64,000 bases of DNA from an uncultured Methanosarcinales archaeon (GTDB taxonomy: Archaea > Nanobdellota > Nanobdellia > Woesearchaeales > ARS49): the NCBI GenBank assembly GCA_964572035.1, contig CAZNDX010000002.1, forward strand, positions 144,056-208,055, written 5' to 3'. The first letter of the stretch is position 1; each line of letters opens with the position of its first letter. Under the pieces are notes generated by a model. It saw only the letters and a program-made list of their open reading frames with translations, did not search any database and was not told the origin of the DNA. Of the stretch, positions 28,928-37,955 are shown one piece after another. The position numbers were made by a program, and so were the translations under genes.

Positions 28928-29317
28928 ATGGTCAGTTTTAAACTCGTCATAGGAACCAAAGAAGGCAAATGCCTCCAAAAAGACGCGCAGGAAGCGGAAG
29001 CTCAAGTCTTTTTGGGCAAGAAAATCGGCGACGCCATCTCAGGAGACAAAATCGGCTTCGCTGGATATGAATTCGTCATAACCGGCGGGTCAGACTATTG
29101 CGGATTCCCTATGAGAAAAGACGTAGACGGACTAAACAGACGACGCATTCTCGCAGTTCAGGGCATCGGAATGAAGATGCAGAACAAAGGAGTCAAGCAG
29201 CGAAAAACAGTCTGCGGAAACACCATACACCCAAAAATCGTCCAAATAAACCTCAAAGTCACAACACCGGGCAAAGACCCGCTTCCATTCCCAGTAAAGG
29301 AAGAGAAGAAAGAATAA
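28928..29317 (+). CDS. rps6e: ribosomal protein S6e
   Basis: FKLVIGTKEGKC..., GKKIGD...GYEFVITGGSDYCGFPMRKDV...RRRIL...RKTVCGNTIHPKIVQINLKV conserved S6e. Confidence 0.9.
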   Translation: MVSFKLVIGTKEGKCLQKDAQEAEAQVFLGKKIGDAISGDKIGFAGYEFVITGGSDYCGFPMRKDVDGLNRRRILAVQGIGMKMQNKGVKQRKTVCGNTIHPKIVQINLKVTTPGKDPLPFPVKEEKKE

Positions 29318-29376
29318 TTCTACAAAAGACTTATAAAGTTCATTTTCTTGAAATTGACTTGATAAAAGAGTGAAAA

Positions 29377-30282
29377 ATGGTTGACCAAAGAATACAAAAA
29401 TTCATAGAACTGCACGCGCAAGCTGAAAGACTTGTTGAACAATCACAAGTGCTTGAAGCGAAACAAAAATACCTCGAAGTTCTCGCAGCATATCAAGCAA
29501 TTGACAAAAGCGATCTTGACAAAATACATAAGGACATCGCGTACGAGCAAGTAACTTCACTTTTCAAAAAAGTGAATTCAGCTAAGGAAAAAGTTCAGAT
29601 ACCAGTAAATATGATAATCGCCGCGGTGTTGGTGATTGGATTCTCAACTTTAGTGTTTTTTGATCCAAGCATAGTTGGACTCGCAGGATTTGAAGACGTT
29701 GTCCGGGAAAAAGTCAATTTGACAATAGACAGCTCAAAACTTATTTCCTTGACGCTAAAAGACAGGCCTCTAAGCTTCAAAATAAGCGGAAACATAACAG
29801 GGGGAATATCAAAACTTTACGTTAAACAAGGAGAAAAATTAGAGCTAATATTTGACAGCGAAAAAAGCTTTTTGACACAAGACGGACAATTTTCCGAAAT
29901 TTGCGAAGAAACCTGCGAAATAAATGTCGATAACAATATCGTTGAGTTATTCGCTCAAGTGGAAGGCGGAGTTTTGAATGTCAATGAAATCATTTACACA
30001 ATAAAACGAACAAGCAACACGCCCCCGCGATATGTTGGGCAATCACAAATATTCAACGCGAAAACAGGGGAAGACCTTGCTTTAAATCTTGACGAGTATT
30101 TCATTGACGACAACGGCGATAAATTGACCTACCTCTCAACAAAAGATGAAGGGCTGGAGACACAAGTTTATGACAACTATGTGACATTAAGACCAACAAG
30201 CGCGGGAACAAAACACATAATGTTCGCCGCTTCAGACCTGCAGGACGTCACAAGAGTTCCAATAACAGTTGAAGTAAGCTGA
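29377..30282 (+). CDS. single-pass membrane protein with C-terminal Ig/cadherin-like beta domain
   Basis: TM VNMIIAAVLVIGFSTLVFF after a ~90-aa cytoplasmic helical part; C-terminal segment with beta-strand periodicity (TPPRYVGQSQIF...TYLSTKDEG...VPITVEVS). Confidence 0.55.
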   Translation: MVDQRIQKFIELHAQAERLVEQSQVLEAKQKYLEVLAAYQAIDKSDLDKIHKDIAYEQVTSLFKKVNSAKEKVQIPVNMIIAAVLVIGFSTLVFFDPSIVGLAGFEDVVREKVNLTIDSSKLISLTLKDRPLSFKISGNITGGISKLYVKQGEKLELIFDSEKSFLTQDGQFSEICEETCEINVDNNIVELFAQVEGGVLNVNEIIYTIKRTSNTPPRYVGQSQIFNAKTGEDLALNLDEYFIDDNGDKLTYLSTKDEGLETQVYDNYVTLRPTSAGTKHIMFAASDLQDVTRVPITVEVS

Positions 30283-30343
30283 TTTTTTGAAATTTTGAGT
30301 GATTTTATTTAAAAATAATCAAAAAACTTATTCTCGATAACCA

Positions 30344-30359
30344 ACGCAACATTTAAATA
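30344..30359 (+). promoter_or_regulatory. promoter element ACGCAACATTTAAATA (second copy) upstream of the large surface-protein operon
   Basis: Exact 16-nt identity with 27719-27734; followed by AAGGGTGG SD-like and GTG start. Confidence 0.5.
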
Positions 30360-30399
30360 CTGTAACGCTGTTTTAAATACAATAAAAAGGGTGGATTTA

Positions 30400-32553
30400 G
30401 TGACAAAAAAGGGACAGATAACAGTCTTCATAATCATCGGCATAATAATCGTTGTCCTTATCGGAATCGCTCTCTATTTCTTCAGAACAGGCGAAATCGG
30501 AAGATTTGAAGCCGCGCGACCATCCCTTGAGGAGTTGCCACAGGAAGTCGCGCCCCTGCGAGAACAAGTACACTCTGCGATGAGACAAGTCGCTGTAGAC
30601 GCATTGCGAAGAATAGGCCAAAGCGGAGGATACGTGGACACAACATTTCTTGCGTCAAACTACTACAACCCAACAGAAGGCGACAGCGTTTCATTATTCC
30701 CTGACGGAGAACCTACAGCTTACTGGTACTACATGAAAAGCAGGAACAGCTGTGAAAGCGGTTGCGAATTCACATCCAAACGACCAGCACTTTATCGCGA
30801 ACAAGGCGGAATAAACATTGAAAGCCAACTGGATAATTACGTTTCAGAAAATCTGCCTTTATCGGTAAATTTTGAAAGCGCAGTGCCAAACTGCGATGTA
30901 ACAGTATTGGACAGTCCAGTTGTAACATCAACAATCTCTGAAAATGACGTATTCTTTGTCGCGAAATGGCAACTGCGAGCGAATTGCGGAGGAGCGACAT
31001 ATACTGTCGACGAATTTTACGTTCCACTCGATGTAAACTTGAAAGAGATTTATGACGTCGCGACAGAAATAACAAACATGCAAGCGGACAACCAAATGCT
31101 CGAACAAGCGACAAAAAACATAATCGATTTGTTCTCCCAAGTAAACAGCAAAAAACTTCCACCAACACGAGATTTGGAAATAGGAATATTTGACCCTGGA
31201 GAAATGTGGATAAAATATGACGTAACACAAAACTTGAAATCAACACTCGCTTCATACATCCCATTCATGCAGGCGTTCGGCACACGAAACTATGACTACG
31301 TCGTTTCACCAACAGACGCAAGAGACGCAGAACTTTACGAAAACATATACAACAGACACTTCTTAGTCCCACTTGAAGGATTCCATCCAGACCTCGAAGT
31401 ACGCTTCGCATACTACGACACATGGGAACCATACTTTGATTTGAACTGCAACGGACAAATATGCCGAGCAGACAGCGCCCAAGTAATGATTCCCCCATTG
31501 TTCATGACGATAAACAGATATAACTTCCCATATGATTTGAGCTATCCGGTGCAGGTTGAACTTCGCAATCCATATGCTTTGAACGGAGAAGGATACGTAT
31601 TCAACATAATGCTGGAACAAAATTTACGAAACACAGAGCCCGCAGTATTAGGCCAGCCATTCAATTTGACACTGCCAGCACGCGAACCATCATTATTCTG
31701 CGACCCGGGACAAAAAACAGCGGGACCAATAACCTTGACTGTTAAAAACGGACAAACAGGACAGCCAATACAAGACGCTAATGTCGCTTACTTGTGCGGG
31801 GAAGACATTTGCTCAATTGGAAAAACCGGAGCGGACGGAAAATTAATTGAGAAATACCCATTATGCCTCGGAGGCAATTTGCGAGTCGTAAAACAAGGAA
31901 TGCCATCCGCGAACTTACAGCTTGACTTAGTTGATGAAACAGAATATAATTTCACAGTAAACTTACAGCCTGTCCGAAATTTGAACGCAAGCATACGTAA
32001 TTATTTGTTCACAAAACAAAGCAAAAGAGGACAATGGTCTGTTGAATCAGGACCGCCAGTAAGACCGGAAGACTATCAACAAAGCATAATCACGCTTACA
32101 AAAGAGACACTCGCCAACGAAGAGCCGTTTGTTGTTGCGGCAATAATTGAAGGAGATGGAACGGCAAACCTAGAACTCGTTCCAGGAAAATACCACGTAA
32201 CAATTACAAGCCTGTTGCGCACGAACATAACAATACCAGTAGACGAACGATGCACTAAAGGCAAAAAAATCGGCGGAATAATAAAAGTTAGCGACGAAAA
32301 ATGCTACAAAGTTCCAACAGAACCGATAGTATTCGATGACACAAAACCATTCCCCTACTCAATGACACAATTCGATTGGGAAGTTACAAACTCAATGCTG
32401 GCCGGCAAAAACAGAATACAATTCAGACAATTCGTCATAGCGATAGACAAAGTCCCTCAAAATCAACGCGTGGTTGAAGACCTGACGCAAATTGAGAAAG
32501 TACAATTGTTCACGGAAGCAAGCAAAAACAGAATATTACCGGTGCTAACATGA
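30400..32553 (+). CDS. large (~717 aa) protein with type IV pilin-like class III signal peptide; paralog of 37956-40013
   Basis: N-terminus (M)TKKGQITVFIIIGIIIVVLIGIALYF (GTG start at 30400; alternative GTG 30391); shares motifs with the 685-aa paralog (GQSGGYVD/GTQGGYIN, L.NY..E.LP..VNF). Confidence 0.75.
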   Translation: MTKKGQITVFIIIGIIIVVLIGIALYFFRTGEIGRFEAARPSLEELPQEVAPLREQVHSAMRQVAVDALRRIGQSGGYVDTTFLASNYYNPTEGDSVSLFPDGEPTAYWYYMKSRNSCESGCEFTSKRPALYREQGGINIESQLDNYVSENLPLSVNFESAVPNCDVTVLDSPVVTSTISENDVFFVAKWQLRANCGGATYTVDEFYVPLDVNLKEIYDVATEITNMQADNQMLEQATKNIIDLFSQVNSKKLPPTRDLEIGIFDPGEMWIKYDVTQNLKSTLASYIPFMQAFGTRNYDYVVSPTDARDAELYENIYNRHFLVPLEGFHPDLEVRFAYYDTWEPYFDLNCNGQICRADSAQVMIPPLFMTINRYNFPYDLSYPVQVELRNPYALNGEGYVFNIMLEQNLRNTEPAVLGQPFNLTLPAREPSLFCDPGQKTAGPITLTVKNGQTGQPIQDANVAYLCGEDICSIGKTGADGKLIEKYPLCLGGNLRVVKQGMPSANLQLDLVDETEYNFTVNLQPVRNLNASIRNYLFTKQSKRGQWSVESGPPVRPEDYQQSIITLTKETLANEEPFVVAAIIEGDGTANLELVPGKYHVTITSLLRTNITIPVDERCTKGKKIGGIIKVSDEKCYKVPTEPIVFDDTKPFPYSMTQFDWEVTNSMLAGKNRIQFRQFVIAIDKVPQNQRVVEDLTQIEKVQLFTEASKNRILPVLT

Positions 32554-35500
32554 AAAGAACAATACTACTGAGATATTCCGCGATTTTCATGGCTATCTTG
32601 ATAGTGACGCTTCCAGTAGCTTTCGCTCAAGAGTTGAATGTGAACAAGTATTCAGGCATGGACAACGCGAACGGGGCGATAAAGTCAGAGGATAATCTGA
32701 CAATCGAGGTTCGCGCGCAAATACCAGGCGACCCAACAATAATGAAAGACCAAGTGCGCCTCGTTTTGGGAACAGAATTTTTGACATTCGACAATTGCGT
32801 AAAAACAGCGGAGCCAAACTATTACACCTGCACATTTGAAGACGAGGTTGAAGTTTTTGAAAGCCTTCCCTTTTCCATAGAATTATGGAATGATGACAAC
32901 CAAAAAATTAAAACAGCCAATGCCAGCATTATAGTTGACGCCCTCGCGCCGACTGTCAAAAATTTCAGCGTAACGCCAGAAATGAGCAACGGAAATGTTG
33001 ATATTTCTTTCAAGATTGAAGATTATGGACTAAATTCTGCCGTCGCGGCGCAATGCTCAGGAGTAAAATCAGTCCTGATTGTTTCACAGCAAGGCGATGT
33101 GAACACAACAGTCGCGACAAGAACAGGAACATCAGGAACTTGCCTGCTTGAAGATGAATTCCCAGTCACACTAACGACATCAGGAGAACAGACGATTTGT
33201 CTTTACACAAAAGATTTCGTCAACTATGACGCGCCACCAAAATGTGTCGAAATTGTTGTAGACCACACACCGCCGAACATTTCCGCAATAAGCATAGTTA
33301 ACCACTTAGGAGATGATATAACTCACGTTCACTCAGGATACGAAATACCGGCGAATATTCACGCTCTGATAACGGATGACGGACAAATTGACACAACACA
33401 AGTATTCGCCGACTTTAACAAGTTAAGCCCCGCTTACGGGATGAATGCTCCTGCAGATTACAATACGGGAAGCATTTACACTTGGTCACAAATACCGGTC
33501 AAAGAAGTAAGTCCGTGCAGCCTGACAATTAAAGCAACAGACACTCTTGGAAACACCGCGGTGCAAACAATCGACTGTTCGATAAGAGCTGACGACGCGG
33601 CGCCAATATTTGTAAGGCACAAACCGCAAGCTCTGCGCGGAAATATCTCACTCTTAGGATATGATACTCCCTTTATCCTTGAATTCGACGAAAAAGACAA
33701 CACAGGCGCAAAGGGAATTGGAATGAGCTTGATTAATTCGTATTTAGATATGTCAGATATTGGCTTGACAAACTTTGAAAGAGCAGACACTTGTTATGAA
33801 ACAGAAGGAACAAAATGGGAATGCGCCTGGTATGTAAAACCTCCCGCATCAGTATCGCAAGGAGCATACACTTTCACACTAGTAGAAGGAACATCGGACG
33901 ACCTTGATAACTTCGCAACATTCGGTCAAACATTTGACGTCGTTTATGACAATGACGGGCCGGACGGAGCAGTGATTAAAGAATTCGCGATAATCTCACA
34001 AGAAGAAGCGCCTTTGAAAGAAGGAGCGATAATGGGCGACAGTTTATCATTCGTCGTCAGCGCGGCGAACTTCACATCAGTAACGGCGAACTTCTCAGAC
34101 TTCGGCGGAGACCAAAAGGCAACTCCTGTGCAGGTGGGTTGCAGTTCAGACAACAACACAGTGGACTGCGAATTCGTGCAACCAATAGAATTAGAAGGAC
34201 CATACACAGGAAATGCGACCTTCACATTCGTAGATGACGCCAATAACAGAGCGGTAGTTTCGAAACAAATAGAAATTTACGGAGTAGGCGGCGAAACATC
34301 GGCAAACTTCTGGACAGTACACAGCATAGACTGCACGCCAAGACTGATAGATAGAGAAGTGGCGAGCGCAAGACCTCCATACGTTTCTTGCAGAATAACT
34401 TTGAGAACGCCACGAACGGATATAACACCATTAAGTGTGGTCTCGTCAACAGATCCATTGACTGATTGTACAGGAAATACGACGTACCTTCGCGATGTTT
34501 ATGTAACGAATGATATTGTCGGTAAAAAAGATCCTTACTTGTTTTATGTACTTGAACCAACTAATTACGACATAAATCAACTAAATATTTCATGCCCACT
34601 AATAGTTCGCTCACTAAAAACAAATAGCACAGGGAAATTTGCGATACCAGGAAGTCAAACAATCAAAGTTAACACGACATTTGAGTTCTACAACAATCCA
34701 GCAGGAGAAGCCTTTGCGAACGTAGACAGCAAAATACAGCGCTCGCTAAACAACGGTTTCGCAATGCAAGACTGGCTAGGGCAATTACAAAAGATTTTGT
34801 TTTATGCGCAACAAATATGCACATTATTCAGCACGATATCTGTTGTGTTGAATGCGATAGCGCAAATAACCACTGCGTTTGGAGTAACAGGAAGCGTACT
34901 CAAAAAGGTGCCGTACGGACAGGCAGCAGGTCAATCACTTGAAAACACCGCTTCAACTTTCTGCAATACTGAAGTCACACTTGAAGATAGCATTTATGGC
35001 GAAACCGTAAAGCCAATACTAAACACAATTTGCGGACTCGCAACCTGCCAGTCAGCAGCAGATGACAACTGGTCACCAGACATAAATTGGCTTGGAGGAG
35101 GAGTCCCATGGTGTAGAGGAGAATTTAACCTTGGAACATGGGGAATTCCGGCACTAGAACAATTGGGTGCTTCATCACAAGATGTCAATATTCGCGACTC
35201 GCTAGTTCTAAGCACTGCGTGTTTGTGCCTGCCAGGAATAATTTATAATTTGGAAAAAATGAGGCAAATTTACTGCTTTGAAGCTGTATGCTACCACGAT
35301 ATGGTCAAAGAAAACGGTTATCCAGTAAGCTTCTGCAATGGACAATATAACTATATGTGGTGCACTTTCGTGATTAATGAAGTATTCGCTGGAGCGCCAT
35401 TCGTTGGACTATTCAATAGGATGATGGACATGGCGCTAAGCATAGTAAGCAATCCATTAATTGGAGTCGGAATCGCTTTTGGTGCGTATTGCCGAACAGC

Positions 35501-35702
35501 CTGTCCAAAATTCCCTGCAGATGGTGCGGTTGCTTCAGCGGAATTTATGGCATGCTCGGCATACAAACTATTTGGAGCACTAATGGAAGGAGTCAGCGTA
35601 TTCTGGGCAATGGCGGAATCTGGAAGCGAATTCTGGAGACCAGTACAAAATAACTATTGCTCAAGAGCTGAAGATATACGGGACGATTATGAGGAAGATT
35701 AA
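32550..35702 (+). CDS. 1050-aa secreted Cys-rich surface protein with C-terminal hydrophobic/Cys domain shared with the 2280-aa protein
   Basis: Signal peptide MKRTILLRYSAIFMAILIVTLPVAFAQ; ATGA overlap with upstream gene; C-terminal ...ACLCLPGIIYNLEKM... aligns with ...RCICLPAVISYLQLW... of the giant protein. Confidence 0.8.
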   Translation: MKRTILLRYSAIFMAILIVTLPVAFAQELNVNKYSGMDNANGAIKSEDNLTIEVRAQIPGDPTIMKDQVRLVLGTEFLTFDNCVKTAEPNYYTCTFEDEVEVFESLPFSIELWNDDNQKIKTANASIIVDALAPTVKNFSVTPEMSNGNVDISFKIEDYGLNSAVAAQCSGVKSVLIVSQQGDVNTTVATRTGTSGTCLLEDEFPVTLTTSGEQTICLYTKDFVNYDAPPKCVEIVVDHTPPNISAISIVNHLGDDITHVHSGYEIPANIHALITDDGQIDTTQVFADFNKLSPAYGMNAPADYNTGSIYTWSQIPVKEVSPCSLTIKATDTLGNTAVQTIDCSIRADDAAPIFVRHKPQALRGNISLLGYDTPFILEFDEKDNTGAKGIGMSLINSYLDMSDIGLTNFERADTCYETEGTKWECAWYVKPPASVSQGAYTFTLVEGTSDDLDNFATFGQTFDVVYDNDGPDGAVIKEFAIISQEEAPLKEGAIMGDSLSFVVSAANFTSVTANFSDFGGDQKATPVQVGCSSDNNTVDCEFVQPIELEGPYTGNATFTFVDDANNRAVVSKQIEIYGVGGETSANFWTVHSIDCTPRLIDREVASARPPYVSCRITLRTPRTDITPLSVVSSTDPLTDCTGNTTYLRDVYVTNDIVGKKDPYLFYVLEPTNYDINQLNISCPLIVRSLKTNSTGKFAIPGSQTIKVNTTFEFYNNPAGEAFANVDSKIQRSLNNGFAMQDWLGQLQKILFYAQQICTLFSTISVVLNAIAQITTAFGVTGSVLKKVPYGQAAGQSLENTASTFCNTEVTLEDSIYGETVKPILNTICGLATCQSAADDNWSPDINWLGGGVPWCRGEFNLGTWGIPALEQLGASSQDVNIRDSLVLSTACLCLPGIIYNLEKMRQIYCFEAVCYHDMVKENGYPVSFCNGQYNYMWCTFVINEVFAGAPFVGLFNRMMDMALSIVSNPLIGVGIAFGAYCRTACPKFPADGAVASAEFMACSAYKLFGALMEGVSVFWAMAESGSEFWRPVQNNYCSRAEDIRDDYEED

Positions 35703-37073
35703 ATGAAAAAAGCAATATTCACGATAGGAGTAATTTTAATGTTCTCCATCATAGCAATAGCTCAGCCGGTTTATGATGATGTTCCAATAGATGGAGGTCA
35801 AAGTCCAAGTGAGTCTGCACCAATTCCACAAACAACACCTCCTCAAACACCCGCTCCAACCGCTTCTCCTGCTTCTCAGCCATCGCAAGGACTTCCATAT
35901 AATCCGTTCCCATCAACAATTCCACACAAACCAACAGGATACAAGATAGGAAAAGAACAGAAATATTCTGGCTATACTGGATTTAATATGAACCCGCAGA
36001 CAGGACAAAGAACAGGATATACCTACTATGGTACGGATGGAAGCAGCGTTGCCAGAGTAAGTCCCAGCGGTTATGAAACTTGGGACGGAAGCAAATGGAC
36101 AACGACAACATACCAAGGAATGAGAGACAAAATTTTGGAGTACGAAAATCAATACGTTGACAAAACGGTAACAGATCCCGCCCAAAGAGAAGCGCTCAGA
36201 GGAAAAGCGAACGAAAACGCCAATGACGCAGCAAAACGCATGGAAAACCAAGCAGTAGCCGGAGGATACGTATCCCAGTGCGCGAATCCCTGGAGATGCA
36301 TGGGCAACATGATGAAAGCATATGATGAATACAGCGGAATTGGAGAAGCAACAGCGATGTTTTTCCCATCGTATCAACAATGGACCAGAGATGTCAGAAG
36401 AACAATCAGCCAAACATTCTGCGGATTTGTAAGCATACAAAACTGCTTTGAGAGTTTGATATGCGGTGCGGTGTTAGATATCAGTTCAGGAAATGTAATC
36501 TCAGGAAATGTTCTTCTTGGAAGAAATGCGCAAGGACAGCCAATTCCAGCAGGACATTTAAGTGCTGAGAGGTCGTTACCAATCGTTCTGAAAGGATTGG
36601 AAAGAGAACTTCTACTTGATATAATAGGCACTGAAATCGCAGTCATAAACGGTAAAGTTGTAAACATTTCTGAAGTTAACCTTGAAGAACTACCTGCAAC
36701 AGAATTAAGACTTTACAGAATACAATACAGTATAACAAACAGTCACACGGATAAGGATTTGAAATTTAACCTTGAGGTAAAAGGACAAACAACAAGAAAC
36801 TTCTTTTCAAATGATAAAACCTTGAAGCCAGGACAAACGGCGACACAAACAATAGAAGTGTACAGCGCGACAAAATATGAAGATATTTGTTTAACTTTTA
36901 ATCCGTCATTGCCGGCAGGAACAGGAAGCACTTTAATAGTAGCTCCAAAAATGGTAAGCCAACTCTGCAAACCAATAGTTGAATACGCGGGAGGAGCTAC
37001 CTCAGTAGGAAATTACGCCGCTCAAGAAAAAGAATCACAACAGAGCGGAACACCACAAGGGGGATTCATATGA
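35703..37073 (+). CDS. 456-aa secreted protein with Pro/Thr/Ser-rich linker
   Basis: Signal peptide MKKAIFTIGVILMFSIIAIAQP, then PQTTPPQTPAPTASPASQPSQ linker; start abuts upstream stop (TAAATG). Confidence 0.75.
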   Translation: MKKAIFTIGVILMFSIIAIAQPVYDDVPIDGGQSPSESAPIPQTTPPQTPAPTASPASQPSQGLPYNPFPSTIPHKPTGYKIGKEQKYSGYTGFNMNPQTGQRTGYTYYGTDGSSVARVSPSGYETWDGSKWTTTTYQGMRDKILEYENQYVDKTVTDPAQREALRGKANENANDAAKRMENQAVAGGYVSQCANPWRCMGNMMKAYDEYSGIGEATAMFFPSYQQWTRDVRRTISQTFCGFVSIQNCFESLICGAVLDISSGNVISGNVLLGRNAQGQPIPAGHLSAERSLPIVLKGLERELLLDIIGTEIAVINGKVVNISEVNLEELPATELRLYRIQYSITNSHTDKDLKFNLEVKGQTTRNFFSNDKTLKPGQTATQTIEVYSATKYEDICLTFNPSLPAGTGSTLIVAPKMVSQLCKPIVEYAGGATSVGNYAAQEKESQQSGTPQGGFI

Positions 37074-37945
37074 ACACTAAGCTAATCTCGATTGCAGTTA
37101 TAATAGTCGCGGCCGCGGCATACTTCATGAAAATACCTGGCGCAATAATACTTGGAGCCATAGGAATACTTATGTTATTGCTCCCAACAAAATACATTTC
37201 AGACTTAATCACAAAATACTTCAACGTGCTCAAACAATACAAAAAATTAGCGTCAATAGTCGCTTACGACGCGCTATTCTGGGCGGCAGTATCTGGTTTT
37301 GCTTTAATTTATCAAAATTTATTTGAGAAAAAACTTTTGGCCGAATACGCCGAAACAGGATTCAGCAAAGAAGCGCTGCTTGACCCTGCCTCAACGGCGG
37401 TACTCGCAGAATCACTTCGTGGAATAATAATTTACACTTTAGGTGGACTCGCAATATTCGTTTTGCTAACATTTATCGCGTATACGATTAGCAGATATTA
37501 CATCTGGACAGAATTATCATCGCAAAAACGCAGCAAAAAAATATTTTGGGCCTATGCCAGATTAACAGGCGTATGGTGGGCGATATTAATAATTCCCGCA
37601 GTTGTAATAATAGCAGCCGCGACAAAAACACCACAGGTGGCTGCTTTGGTTTTGATATTTTTTATCGCCGCAGGACACTTCACAAACTTCCTATACACAA
37701 ACTTAGTCAAAACAAGCAAAGCAGGACAATCTCTCACAATGGGAATAGCTATGGGACTTTCCAAAGTTCATAGGGTAATTGTTCCATACGCGATAATATT
37801 CGCCACATGGTGGGCGCTAAGCACAATAGCAAGCATAGTTAGTTATATGCACCAAGGAGCTGCCACAGCAGTAACGCTTTTATTCGCACTAACAATACTA
37901 GCGATAAGCAGAGCATACCTATACACAATCATCAAATCATTGTAA
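37070..37945 (+). CDS. polytopic integral membrane protein (about 7-8 TM)
   Basis: 291 aa, repeated 20-aa hydrophobic stretches; ATGA overlap with upstream gene. Confidence 0.7.
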   Translation: MNTKLISIAVIIVAAAAYFMKIPGAIILGAIGILMLLLPTKYISDLITKYFNVLKQYKKLASIVAYDALFWAAVSGFALIYQNLFEKKLLAEYAETGFSKEALLDPASTAVLAESLRGIIIYTLGGLAIFVLLTFIAYTISRYYIWTELSSQKRSKKIFWAYARLTGVWWAILIIPAVVIIAAATKTPQVAALVLIFFIAAGHFTNFLYTNLVKTSKAGQSLTMGIAMGLSKVHRVIVPYAIIFATWWALSTIASIVSYMHQGAATAVTLLFALTILAISRAYLYTIIKSL

Positions 37946-37955
37946 AAAAGAGGAA

